From assembly GCA_964593805.1 (NCBI GenBank), contig CAZQHP010000001.1, positions 256,091 to 320,090 of the forward strand: 64,000 bases of DNA, read 5' to 3'. This document shows, one piece after another, positions 45,042 through 54,648 of the stretch (within the stretch, counting starts at the first letter, position 1; each line of letters starts with the position of its first letter). The position numbers and the translations under genes are program-made. Source of the DNA: an uncultured Candidatus Saccharibacteria bacterium. GTDB lineage: Bacteria > Patescibacteriota > Saccharimonadia > Saccharimonadales > JBBQAJ01. Under the pieces are notes generated by a model that saw only the letters and a list, made by a program, of their open reading frames with translations, searched no databases and was not told the DNA's origin.

Positions 45042-46295
45042 GTGGATAAAATCAAAAACATTAAACGGCTTTTTCAAAAAGCGGCGGCTAATCAGGGGCT
45101 GCTGCTTTTTTTAGCGTTTTGGTCTACACCGCTGTTTTTCATAAACGACAACACCGCACATACGCGTATTTTGCGCCTGCTTATCCTATTGCTGCTGGGC
45201 GGCTGGGTTATTGCCACAGACCAACTCAGAGGACGTTTTATGCAAAACTTGGGGAAACTGAGCCAGCGTCTAAAGGTAATTCTGGCTGGCATACTTCTGC
45301 TCATGGTCATAAGCACGGTTTTCTCCGCAGAACAGGTCGGCTTGAGGCTGTTTGGGTTTGCACCCGAATATATAGGCCTGGTTACCTGGATGGTGTTTTT
45401 GTTGATTGGAGCGACGCTTGCTGACAAGCTTGTGAAATATATGCTTTCCAGGGCAACTTTAGTGCTGACTGTAGCCATTCTGGCAACAGGGCTCATCTAT
45501 AACAAATTCTACATCTACTACGGCTTACGCGTTTCTGGCCTGCTATTTCAGTCAACTACTATGGGCATGTACGCAGTGATGTCCTTGGCTCTGGGCTTAT
45601 ATAGTCTGAAGAGCGGGGCCAAACGCGACAAAGCAAGCCGCATCCTGTCCATAGCCTGCATTGTACTGTCGACCTTAACGCTAGTATTTACGCAATCGAG
45701 AATTGGCTATGTGGCGTTTGTCTTGGTTGTATTCATGTGGGGGATGCATCGTCTCAAATATAAGGGGCTTGGGACACTGGCCGTAATTGCCGTTATGCTG
45801 GTTTTGAGCAGCCTTCCGTATTTATTTGGCAGCTATTTTGCTCGCTTTCGCTCTACGAATATAGAAAGAAGTATTTCCTACCGCATGGATTTGTACGAAA
45901 TATCAGCCAAAGATCTCCCAAAGCACAATATACTAATTGGAAACGGGCCAGGAGCCTTGCCGACAGCGATTAATAATAAAGATACCGTTCCTGACGAAAT
46001 AGCTAGAACCCTTGAACAAGATAACTTATTTGCTTCAACCCATGATATGTATTTTGATTTCGCTTATCAGTTTGGCGTGCTCGCAAGTTTGGGACTTGTG
46101 ACGCTTACGCTATTTGCGTACATTAAAAATATTCGCGGCAGAGTGAACGGCTTCCTTTTGGTAATATTCGGCGTCATGATACTCAACGCGCTTTTTAATG
46201 TGCCGAGCATAGAATTTACACCGCTGTATTTCATAACGCTTTTTGCATTGCTACTGCCTGGCCCCCGGTTCATAGCAAAGAAGCATGGGAGGTAA
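45042..46295 (+). CDS. O-antigen ligase/polymerase-family (Wzy_C-like) membrane protein
   Basis: About 10 TM helices, FTQSRIGYVAF loop motif and THDMYFDFAYQFGVLA (the AHN-x-Y-L equivalent). GTG start. Confidence 0.65.
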   Translation: MDKIKNIKRLFQKAAANQGLLLFLAFWSTPLFFINDNTAHTRILRLLILLLLGGWVIATDQLRGRFMQNLGKLSQRLKVILAGILLLMVISTVFSAEQVGLRLFGFAPEYIGLVTWMVFLLIGATLADKLVKYMLSRATLVLTVAILATGLIYNKFYIYYGLRVSGLLFQSTTMGMYAVMSLALGLYSLKSGAKRDKASRILSIACIVLSTLTLVFTQSRIGYVAFVLVVFMWGMHRLKYKGLGTLAVIAVMLVLSSLPYLFGSYFARFRSTNIERSISYRMDLYEISAKDLPKHNILIGNGPGALPTAINNKDTVPDEIARTLEQDNLFASTHDMYFDFAYQFGVLASLGLVTLTLFAYIKNIRGRVNGFLLVIFGVMILNALFNVPSIEFTPLYFITLFALLLPGPRFIAKKHGR

Positions 46296-46298
46296 CAT

Positions 46299-47447
46299 AT
46301 GTGGGCACTGGCTATGACGGTTTCATTAGCGGTTTCATTATTTCTATTGCTGGCAGTTCCTGCTATGCCTTCATATAAATCTAATGCGGCCTACAAAACT
46401 CAACCTAACTCCACCATAAACAAGGGTTTGCAGAAAACCTCAGAACAAGGCCTAACCAAAGGTCTAAAAGAAAATTCTGCAGAGCAAGGGTCAATAATAA
46501 TTATGGATGCCGGCGACGGCTCAATTAGAGCCGCCGCCAGCGCTGCCAACCCTGAAATTTGTAAAACCCGGTCACTTTGCAAAGACGCAGAAAACTTAGT
46601 CTTCAAAGATTGGCAGCCGGGCTCGGTCATGAAGCCGCTGATTCTGGCTGCCGCGATTAACGAAGGCAAGGTTTCGCCAAAATCGACCTTTTACAACACC
46701 GGCACTGTAAAAATTGGAGACCGGATTATCCAGAACGCCACTTATAGGTCGTACGGAAACGTAGACATGCAAGAAGTTATTAATACGTCTATAAATACAG
46801 GAGCGGTCTATTTGCTTACCCAGCTCGGCAATGGCCAGATAGATAAAATAGCACGTGATACGTGGCACAAGTACCTAGTGGACAAGTATAAATTTAGCCA
46901 GGCAAAAGATTTAGCCGGCAATATGGAAGAACCTGGATATGTACGGCCATCATCCGGAGGCACTGACTTAAATTTCAGATACGCTGGTTCGAGCTTTGGC
47001 GTAGGAATCACGGTGACGCCAACCCGGCTAACGGCGGCATATGCGGCGCTGATAAATGGCGGCACATATCATGAGCCACGTATATCAAGTTCGGACAAAG
47101 TTACTTCAGAGCGCATAGTGTCAGAAAGTACCAGTGTGACCATGACAAAAGTTCTAGAAACGGCTGCAGCTAAAGGCTTTGATGGTAAAAAACTGCCGAA
47201 TGCATATGAGTTCGGCGGCAAAACTGGCACTGCGCCATTGCCCGACGGCAGAGGCTTTTACCGAAGGGGAAATGACAGCGGCACATATATAGGATTTATA
47301 CACAAAGGGTCGAAGCTATACGTGGTGTTCGTGCGGCTGGATGCGCCGGTTACGAAAAATTTTGCCAGCTATACGGCGCGCACACTTTGGTTTGATATGG
47401 TAAACAAACTGGCGGCAGATGATATATTTGCCACAGCTGAAATGTAA
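46299..47447 (+). CDS. penicillin-binding protein, transpeptidase domain only
   Basis: TM anchor, SxxK (SVMK), SxN (SIN) and KTG (KTGTA). At 382 aa it lacks the usual N-terminal pedestal of class-B PBPs. Confidence 0.75.
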   Translation: MWALAMTVSLAVSLFLLLAVPAMPSYKSNAAYKTQPNSTINKGLQKTSEQGLTKGLKENSAEQGSIIIMDAGDGSIRAAASAANPEICKTRSLCKDAENLVFKDWQPGSVMKPLILAAAINEGKVSPKSTFYNTGTVKIGDRIIQNATYRSYGNVDMQEVINTSINTGAVYLLTQLGNGQIDKIARDTWHKYLVDKYKFSQAKDLAGNMEEPGYVRPSSGGTDLNFRYAGSSFGVGITVTPTRLTAAYAALINGGTYHEPRISSSDKVTSERIVSESTSVTMTKVLETAAAKGFDGKKLPNAYEFGGKTGTAPLPDGRGFYRRGNDSGTYIGFIHKGSKLYVVFVRLDAPVTKNFASYTARTLWFDMVNKLAADDIFATAEM

Positions 47448-47452
47448 AACCC

Positions 47453-48817
47453 ATGAGACTAAAATTACGCTCGGCAGCAAAACTATTAGCCCCCAGAAAC
47501 GGCGTTATTTTATTGTTCGCAATTGCTTGGTCATGGCTTCTTCTTGTAGACGTTGGCAGAATGGCTGATTCCGTGGTGGTGGGCTACGGCGCTCTGCTGA
47601 TCGTTTACGTGTTTCTTGTAGCTTTGAGTACGTACATTGCGACCAAGGCAAGCAAATCGGGCATTTTTTCGCTGAAAAATAAGTCTTGGTACTCAGCGCT
47701 CAAAATTGTCTTTTGCTGGGCGGCAATCGAACTATTTATAGCCTGGTTTTTGGTAGCGATATTTTGGGGTTCTGGAAGTTCTGTGGATGACGTGTTGCCT
47801 TTTGGCTCGCTTACGCCTTTGGTAATGTTTACGCCTCTAAAATTCCTTACGCGCTTTTTTGGCTATTTTGGCACCTCGGCTATCGTAGGAACTGGCATTT
47901 TGCTGGCGTTCCAAGGTATTCATTGGCGTAAAAGGGCGCTGGCGTACTGGCTGATAGTATTCGGGCTAAGTACAGGGTCGTATTTACTCTTCCAAACTCC
48001 TACCGGTCCTTTGATAAATACTACAATTGTGTCCGAAAAGCTGGCCGAACCACGTCAAATAAACACTGGCAGCAGCGAATTTGTACTGTTACCAGAATAC
48101 GGCCTGGATAATTATGAAAGCACAGCTGTCTATCAAAGATTTGAGCCAACTAACGGCACAGTGTTTTTTAGCGGTACACGGCTAATAACTGACAATAACG
48201 GGTCAAGTAATGTACTGGTGTACGGCTCAAATAAACAGGGCTACACAGAAGAGCAAACTAAACCCAGGCTAATTGTAGGCGGTGAATTTATGCCCTATCT
48301 CATGGAACAGACCTTGAAGCACATAGCCCCTGTTACTTACGATCAGTTTAAGCTCAGGCGAGTGGTTAATAAAGGCAGTGGGCAGCTGCAAACTTTCGCG
48401 CTGCCTAGCGGTATAGTAGTTGGCAATGCTGCCTGTTCAAGCATCATGAACCCAGGAGATTACCGTAAACTTACGCGCGATGGAGCCACCGTGCTGGCGA
48501 ACTCTGCCTCGCTAGAGATATTCCGCGGTTCGCGTTTATTTGGGATCTATCATGACGGGTTTGCTAAGTTTATGGCCACCTCAAATGCCCGACCATTTCT
48601 GCAGTCCGCAAATAACTGGAAGGCTTTCGCGCTTGATCAGAACGGCAATACCCTGGCTAGCGTCCAACCTACGGGCACCAAAGACGTAACCATCCAAACA
48701 AACATCCGTAAAACACCATATACTTACCTTGGGGAGTGGGTGGCGTTAATTGGAGGTTTGTATATTGCGAAAGATTTGATTGTGTTAGTAAAAGTACGCT
48801 GGAAGAAAAAACTTTAG
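47453..48817 (+). CDS. apolipoprotein N-acyltransferase-like protein, paralog 2
   Basis: Same architecture as 41669-43063. VLLPEYGL, KPRLIVGGEFMPY, NAACSSIM. Long alignable blocks, e.g. GATVLANSASLEIF...FAKFMATSNARPFLQSAN. Confidence 0.7.
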   Translation: MRLKLRSAAKLLAPRNGVILLFAIAWSWLLLVDVGRMADSVVVGYGALLIVYVFLVALSTYIATKASKSGIFSLKNKSWYSALKIVFCWAAIELFIAWFLVAIFWGSGSSVDDVLPFGSLTPLVMFTPLKFLTRFFGYFGTSAIVGTGILLAFQGIHWRKRALAYWLIVFGLSTGSYLLFQTPTGPLINTTIVSEKLAEPRQINTGSSEFVLLPEYGLDNYESTAVYQRFEPTNGTVFFSGTRLITDNNGSSNVLVYGSNKQGYTEEQTKPRLIVGGEFMPYLMEQTLKHIAPVTYDQFKLRRVVNKGSGQLQTFALPSGIVVGNAACSSIMNPGDYRKLTRDGATVLANSASLEIFRGSRLFGIYHDGFAKFMATSNARPFLQSANNWKAFALDQNGNTLASVQPTGTKDVTIQTNIRKTPYTYLGEWVALIGGLYIAKDLIVLVKVRWKKKL

Positions 48818-48961
48818 TTTTTTGGTTATGTTTGACGGGGGAAATTTATTATGCTAATATAAACGTAATTGTTTCATATGAATCCGGGTTTGTTAGTAAG
48901 TTACTCGATTTCATTTACAGCAATCGACGTAAACACTAACTAAACAAAAGGATTCTTTTTT

Positions 48962-50143
48962 ATGTCATACGCTTTTAAGGGCAGTCGCCGACCTGGCCCG
49001 GGTCACAACCAAAGGCGCAGCGCGCCTCGTAGCAACGGCCGCCGCGGCCAATACATTGATCCTGCCAAATTTGTGCGGGTTGCAACAGGTGCCGAAGCGG
49101 AAGAGTACATTACCACTCACCAGTTCAAGGATTTTGATATCCAGCCGGTACTTATGGCCAATTTAACCGCCAAAGGCTACGTAACGCCTTCGCCTATCCA
49201 GGACCAGACCATACCGCAAGGGCTGCTGGGCAAAGATATCATAGGTGTTGCCAACACCGGTACCGGCAAAACCGCTGCTTTTGCAGTGCCTATTCTGAAC
49301 AAACTTATACTAGACAAATCAGCCAAAGCACTGATAATTGCTCCAACCCGCGAATTAGCTGAACAAATTCAAGACGAATGCCGGACTATCGGTAAAGGCA
49401 GCGGACTATTTGGCACGCTTTTGATTGGCGGTTCAAGCATGGGCGCGCAACTGCGCGACTTGCGTGACAATCCGCGGATTGTAATTGGCACGCCCGGCCG
49501 CATCAAAGACCACATGGAACGCGGCACTCTGCGTTTGAACGGCTTCAACCTGATAGTGCTCGACGAAGTAGACCGCATGCTAGATATGGGCTTCATTCAG
49601 GATGTTCGCTATATTCTGAGCCAGCTCAAAACCGACCGCCAATCTTTCTTCTTTTCTGCCACGCTGGACGGCAAGGTAAACAGTTTGATACAGACATTTT
49701 CAAATGACCCGGTAGTAGTTTCCGTGAAAACGGGCGACACCGCCGAAAACGTCCACCAAGACGTTATAAAATACATTTCTCCGTATGACAAAATGGATAA
49801 GCTGCATGATGTTTTGCTGAAAGCCGGCAAAGTAATCGTATTTGATGAAACCCAGCGCAAAGTTGAAAAACTCAGCCAGGAGCTTATCACTCGCGGCTTC
49901 TCGGCCGACGCTATTCATGGCGGCAAATCGCAAAGCCAGCGCCAGCGCGCTCTCAAGCGTTTCAAGACCAACGATGTCAACATCTTGGTGGCTACAGACG
50001 TAGCCGCCCGTGGCATTGACGTGGTGGACATCACGCACGTAGTAAACTTTTCCCTGCCACAGTCATACGAAGACTATGTACACCGAATTGGCCGCACCGG
50101 TCGGGCGGGCAGAATTGGCCACGCTCTGACTTTTGTCCAGTAG
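48962..50143 (+). CDS. DEAD-box RNA helicase
   Basis: Q-motif region, ANTGTGKTAAF (I), PTRELA (Ia), DEVD (II variant), SAT (III) and HRIGRTGRAG (VI). Basic Arg/Gly-rich N-terminal tail. Confidence 0.9.
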   Translation: MSYAFKGSRRPGPGHNQRRSAPRSNGRRGQYIDPAKFVRVATGAEAEEYITTHQFKDFDIQPVLMANLTAKGYVTPSPIQDQTIPQGLLGKDIIGVANTGTGKTAAFAVPILNKLILDKSAKALIIAPTRELAEQIQDECRTIGKGSGLFGTLLIGGSSMGAQLRDLRDNPRIVIGTPGRIKDHMERGTLRLNGFNLIVLDEVDRMLDMGFIQDVRYILSQLKTDRQSFFFSATLDGKVNSLIQTFSNDPVVVSVKTGDTAENVHQDVIKYISPYDKMDKLHDVLLKAGKVIVFDETQRKVEKLSQELITRGFSADAIHGGKSQSQRQRALKRFKTNDVNILVATDVAARGIDVVDITHVVNFSLPQSYEDYVHRIGRTGRAGRIGHALTFVQ

Positions 50144-50246
50144 GGCGAGCGTACTTGGCACATCCGCCAGCTGGCAGACTGCACTACTTTTGGAAAGTCC
50201 TACTCATTTAGTTGACGCGTTATCGTGCTTAAACTACCCTGGTAGT

Positions 50247-51503
50247 ATGTTTGAACAAACAAAAGATTTTGCTCGGAAACTTTGGCCCGGCAGCGTGAAT
50301 TTGAAGGCTGCGGACGTGGCCGCCGCGCGAGACTACATTGGCGCGCATTGGCATAAGCTGGAGCGTTTCCATCCAAAAGACGATGAAAGCCTGCTGGGTT
50401 TGCCCAAGCCATACCTTGTACCTGCCTATGAAGAAGGCCACGAGTTTGATTTCAACGAGCTGTATTATTGGGACAGCTATTTCATGGTTCAGGGACTCCT
50501 GGATCATAAACACAAAGAGCTGGTCGTAGGCATTTTGGAAGACCTCACGGTGCTGTTCAAACGATTTAAGACCATTCCTAACGCTTCGCGGACTTATCTA
50601 ACCGGCCGCTCACAGCCGCCTTTTCTAACGAGCTTTATCTGGGACGTTTTCAATACATACGACCTAAGTGAAAAATGGCTGCGGGCCCATATGGCCGTCG
50701 CCGAAGAAGAGTACCAGACGGTATGGATGGGCACGGTCAAGCCGAATGCCCGCCGGGTGTACCGCGGCTTGTCGCGCTACTATGACGTCAATATGCTCAA
50801 TGATTTGGCCGAAGCGGAAAGCGGCTGGGACATGACGCCGCGCTTTAACCGGCGGGCGCTCAGCTATGTGTCGGCAGACTTGAACGCGCTGCTGTATAAA
50901 TACGAAGCCGACCTGGCCAAATTTTACCGGCACGTGGGTGATGTCCGCTCCGCCGCCAAATGGGAAGCGGCTGCCCAGCGCCGCAAAGAAACCATGGACG
51001 AGCTGATGTGGAGCAATCTGCGCGGGCTGTATTACGACTATAACTACGCCCGCGAAAAACGCGGCACCGTGGGCTCGCTAGCCGGATTTTACCCGCTCTG
51101 GGCCGGCATGGTTACCAAAAAACAGGCCGAGCAAATGGTAAAAGCTCTGCGCCGGTTTGAAAACCGCGGCGGGCTGGCAACCACCGACGTGCAGCAGCTC
51201 AGCCAGTTCGTCCCGGGAGCCGTCCCGACCCAATGGGCTTATCCAAACGGCTGGGCGCCGTTGCACTTTATAATTGTCAAAGGCTTGCAGCGCTACGGCT
51301 ACCAAGAAGACGCCAAGCGCATTGCCATGAAATGGCTCAAAACCAACCTGGACTGGTTTAACAAACACGGCGTGTTTTTGGAAAAATACAATGTGGTCAA
51401 TCCGGCCGATCCGCCCGCCAAAGGGCTATACCCCTCGCAGACCGGCTTTGGCTGGACTAATTCTGTTTTCGAATATTTCTGCAAGGAGTTCATAGACAAA
51501 TAA
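50247..51503 (+). CDS. trehalase (glycoside hydrolase family 37)
   Basis: YYWDSYF, RSQPPFL, ESGWDMTPRF and GFGWTNSVF motifs. ORF track start 50133 overlaps the helicase gene; ATG 50247 (MFEQTKDF) is preferred. Confidence 0.8.
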   Translation: MFEQTKDFARKLWPGSVNLKAADVAAARDYIGAHWHKLERFHPKDDESLLGLPKPYLVPAYEEGHEFDFNELYYWDSYFMVQGLLDHKHKELVVGILEDLTVLFKRFKTIPNASRTYLTGRSQPPFLTSFIWDVFNTYDLSEKWLRAHMAVAEEEYQTVWMGTVKPNARRVYRGLSRYYDVNMLNDLAEAESGWDMTPRFNRRALSYVSADLNALLYKYEADLAKFYRHVGDVRSAAKWEAAAQRRKETMDELMWSNLRGLYYDYNYAREKRGTVGSLAGFYPLWAGMVTKKQAEQMVKALRRFENRGGLATTDVQQLSQFVPGAVPTQWAYPNGWAPLHFIIVKGLQRYGYQEDAKRIAMKWLKTNLDWFNKHGVFLEKYNVVNPADPPAKGLYPSQTGFGWTNSVFEYFCKEFIDK

Positions 51504-51566
51504 GCCAGGCACTAATCCACGGGTAATTAGACAGGGGAGACTTCTAGGCTATACAATAGACCGGTC

Positions 51567-53015
51567 ATGAATTATTTTATTACCACGTCTATCCCTTACG
51601 TGAACGGCGAGCCGCACCTTGGCCACGCGCTGGAATTTGTCATGGCAGACGCGCTGGCGAGAGCGGCCCGGGCGAAAAATAACACAGTGCTTTTCAGCAC
51701 GGGGACGGACGAACACGGTGGCAAAATTGCCGAAAAAGCCGAAGAGTTAAAAATTTCGCCCAAAGAATTTTCCGACCAAATGAGCCAAAAATTCAGAGAC
51801 TTAGCCAAAGCGCTAAACATCAGCAACGACCGTTTTATCCGTACCACCGACGCCGGCCACGAACAGCGCGCCCAGCTGATCTGGCAGGCGCTGGAAAAAG
51901 ACATTTACAAAGCCAAATACACCGGCTGGTACTGCACTGGCGACGAAGCGTTTTTTGCCGAAGCCGTGGTAAAAGCCAACAACGGCGTCTGCCCCAACCA
52001 TAACCGCAAATATGAAAAGATTGAAGAGGAGAACTATTTTTTCAAACTGAGCGCTTACGGTCCAAAAGTCCAGGCGGCCATAGATTCGGGTGCCTTTAGG
52101 ATTGTCCCGGCCGCCAAAAAGCATGAAATCTTGCAAGTTTTCAAAGACGGCCTGGAAGACATCAGTATTTCCCGGCCAAAAGACAAATTGGCTTGGGGCG
52201 TGCCGGTTCCCGGCGACGACACGCAGGTCATGTACGTTTGGTTTGAAGCGCTGATGAACTATATTACCGTGCTGGGCTATCCCGAGCACGCCGACTTCAA
52301 AAAATTCTGGCCGGCCAACGTGCAAGTGATCGGCAAAGACATATTGCGCTTTCACGCGGCCATTTGGCCCGGCATGCTTCTGGCGCTCGGCTTGCCGCTG
52401 CCCAAAACTCTCTATGTGCATGGATTTATCAATGCCGAAGGCGGCGTCAAAATGAGCAAAAGCTTGGGCAACTCTGTTTCGCCGGACGCGATCATAAAAG
52501 AATACGGCGCCGATGCTTTCCGCTACTACTTGCTGCGCCACATTCCTTCCTACGAAGACGGCGATTTTAGCCATGACCGGCTGCTAGCGGCCTACAACAA
52601 TGAACTCGGCAATGAACTCGGCAACGCCGTCCAGCGCACCGCCGCTATGATTACGCAGTACCAAGACGGCATAATTGGCAAATCGCCAGAAGCCGAACAC
52701 GATCAAGCCCAGTACTGGGAGGCTATAGAAAACTGCCATTTTGACCGCGCCCTTGACGAAGTATGGGAACAAGTCCGCGGCCTCAACCAGTACATAGACG
52801 AACAAAAACCCTGGGCCATTCAAAAAACCGGCGACAAAGACCACTTGACTGAAGTATTGGCATACCAAGTCGGCTGTTTGCTGGAAGTTGCCGAAATGCT
52901 GAGCCCGTTTATGCCCGAAACCGCCCAAAAAATCCGCTACGTGTTCGAAGAAGGCATAATCCGCCCCACCAAAACTACGCTCTTTCCCAGAAAAGATGCG
53001 CCAAAGAAAGCCTGA
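51567..53015 (+). CDS. metG: methionyl-tRNA synthetase (short form)
   Basis: PYVNGEPHLGH (HIGH) and KMSKSLGN (KMSKS). Confidence 0.9.
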   Translation: MNYFITTSIPYVNGEPHLGHALEFVMADALARAARAKNNTVLFSTGTDEHGGKIAEKAEELKISPKEFSDQMSQKFRDLAKALNISNDRFIRTTDAGHEQRAQLIWQALEKDIYKAKYTGWYCTGDEAFFAEAVVKANNGVCPNHNRKYEKIEEENYFFKLSAYGPKVQAAIDSGAFRIVPAAKKHEILQVFKDGLEDISISRPKDKLAWGVPVPGDDTQVMYVWFEALMNYITVLGYPEHADFKKFWPANVQVIGKDILRFHAAIWPGMLLALGLPLPKTLYVHGFINAEGGVKMSKSLGNSVSPDAIIKEYGADAFRYYLLRHIPSYEDGDFSHDRLLAAYNNELGNELGNAVQRTAAMITQYQDGIIGKSPEAEHDQAQYWEAIENCHFDRALDEVWEQVRGLNQYIDEQKPWAIQKTGDKDHLTEVLAYQVGCLLEVAEMLSPFMPETAQKIRYVFEEGIIRPTKTTLFPRKDAPKKA

Positions 53016-53832
53016 TGTGAACTTTGTTGATACGCATTGCCACATTCATGAGGCTGGTACAAACACTGCTGGCGACCAATTTGTCCGCGACAAATGGGCA
53101 AAAAGCGGCATAACTGATTCGGCGCCGCTGATTCGGGAGGCAGCAGAAGCTGGCGTAACGCGGTTGATATGCGTGGGCTGTACCTTGCGAGACAGCGAAC
53201 TAGCGATAGATTTAGCTTCAAAACAACCTACTTGCTGGGCGAGCATTGGCATCCATCCGCATGAAGCCAAGGATCATCTGGAGCTAGTGGTGCAACGGGC
53301 TTTCGCCGAACTCGTTAAAAAGCCAAAAGTGGTGGCAATCGGCGAGTGCGGGCTTGATTATTACTATAATCACTCGGATAAACCGGACCAGATTAAATTA
53401 CTGGAGTTTCAGCTGGAATTAGCTCAAAAACGCAATTTGCCGTTGATTTTTCATATTCGAGAAGCGTTTAGGGATTTTTGGCCCGTTTTTGACCAATACA
53501 GGGGCTTAATAGGGGTTGTTCATAGCTTTAGCTCTGATAGGCGAGACCTGGAACAAATCTTGTCCAGAGGCCTCTACGTCGGCCTGAACGGCATAATGAC
53601 ATTTACAAAAAGTGCCGAACAGCTGGAGGCCGCCAAAGCCATACCGCTAGACAAATTACTTCTTGAAACAGACGCTCCCTTCTTGACACCAGCACCAGAG
53701 CGTGGTACAATCTGTCAGCCTAAGCACATTGTGCGTACGGCGGAGTTTTTAGCAGGCCTACGGGACGAAACAACGGCAGAAATAGCCAGCGCTACCACCC
53801 AGAACGCCTGCGATTTATTTTCAATCAAATAG
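52996..53832 (+). CDS. TatD-family metal-dependent hydrolase/DNase
   Basis: FVDTHCHIHE, IGECGLDYY, HIREA and ETDAPFLTP. Alternative GTG start at 53017. Confidence 0.85.
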   Translation: MRQRKPDVNFVDTHCHIHEAGTNTAGDQFVRDKWAKSGITDSAPLIREAAEAGVTRLICVGCTLRDSELAIDLASKQPTCWASIGIHPHEAKDHLELVVQRAFAELVKKPKVVAIGECGLDYYYNHSDKPDQIKLLEFQLELAQKRNLPLIFHIREAFRDFWPVFDQYRGLIGVVHSFSSDRRDLEQILSRGLYVGLNGIMTFTKSAEQLEAAKAIPLDKLLLETDAPFLTPAPERGTICQPKHIVRTAEFLAGLRDETTAEIASATTQNACDLFSIK

Positions 53833-53835
53833 TTT

Positions 53836-54165
53836 ATGCCACAATCACAATCACCATTACTATCACCAACACCCGAACAGGAGCGACAGCTTTTTGAAAG
53901 TTTGACTGACCCTTATCACAAACGTGCTTTTGAGTTGAGGGCGGCTGTATACGGCTTTGAAGCTCTGGTAGTAAACGAAGAAGATGCCCCAGCTGCAAGC
54001 ACAGAAGCTGCCTACGTTCGACCAGCCAAGGTACCTGAATTTTATGAAATTGAATCAGTTGGTCAACCGGCTGAACCAATCATTGCACCCGCAGGTTCAA
54101 AAAGGCAAGCTCTCATAAATGAGTCACGTGCCAAACTGGGCGATATATTTGGGAGTCAAAACTAA
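53836..54165 (+). CDS. hypothetical acidic protein (109 aa)
   Basis: The ORF stop overlaps the next start (TAATG). No motif recognised. Confidence 0.45.
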   Translation: MPQSQSPLLSPTPEQERQLFESLTDPYHKRAFELRAAVYGFEALVVNEEDAPAASTEAAYVRPAKVPEFYEIESVGQPAEPIIAPAGSKRQALINESRAKLGDIFGSQN

Positions 54166-54536
54166 TGCTCCAGAAGCTTATACAAACTGTTATTGGCCAG
54201 CGAGCCGAAGATCGGCAAGCTGATTTATACCGCAACTTGATTCGTCACGAAGCCAAGATTGGCGGAGATGTATTTGGGCCCGTTCCGGCCGGACATCGCC
54301 GCGAGTTTTTCTGTCTGGATCGACACACGTGGGTGTGGCATGAGGAATGGCAAGATCAGTCGGGGCAACAGCATGTGCGCACCACACGCTACGACGTTCG
54401 CCCAGACGGTCTTTTGAAGTCACAGAACGGCCACTACCAGCGAGTGAGTAACCAAGAAACGAAACGCTTCAAACAAGCCGCTCGTCTGTATATTGACCGG
54501 GTGAACCGCGAAATGTACAACGGCCTGATTGTTTAG
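54165..54536 (+). CDS. hypothetical basic protein (123 aa)
   Basis: Translationally coupled to the previous ORF. No motif recognised. Confidence 0.5.
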   Translation: MLQKLIQTVIGQRAEDRQADLYRNLIRHEAKIGGDVFGPVPAGHRREFFCLDRHTWVWHEEWQDQSGQQHVRTTRYDVRPDGLLKSQNGHYQRVSNQETKRFKQAARLYIDRVNREMYNGLIV

Positions 54537-54648
54537 CGGCTTCGCCTTATGAGAGGGGAATATCCCCTCTCATCGCGCCATGCTCGGAATGAATCCGAGC
54601 GTGGGCTGCTCTCCCCTAAAACCACAATAGTGCTTATAATAATAAAGG

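Noticed and set aside
51813-52574. 253-aa minus-strand ORF, and 52584-53045
   Set aside because: Both are antisense to metG (HIGH and KMSKS present on the plus strand), so they are shadow ORFs.
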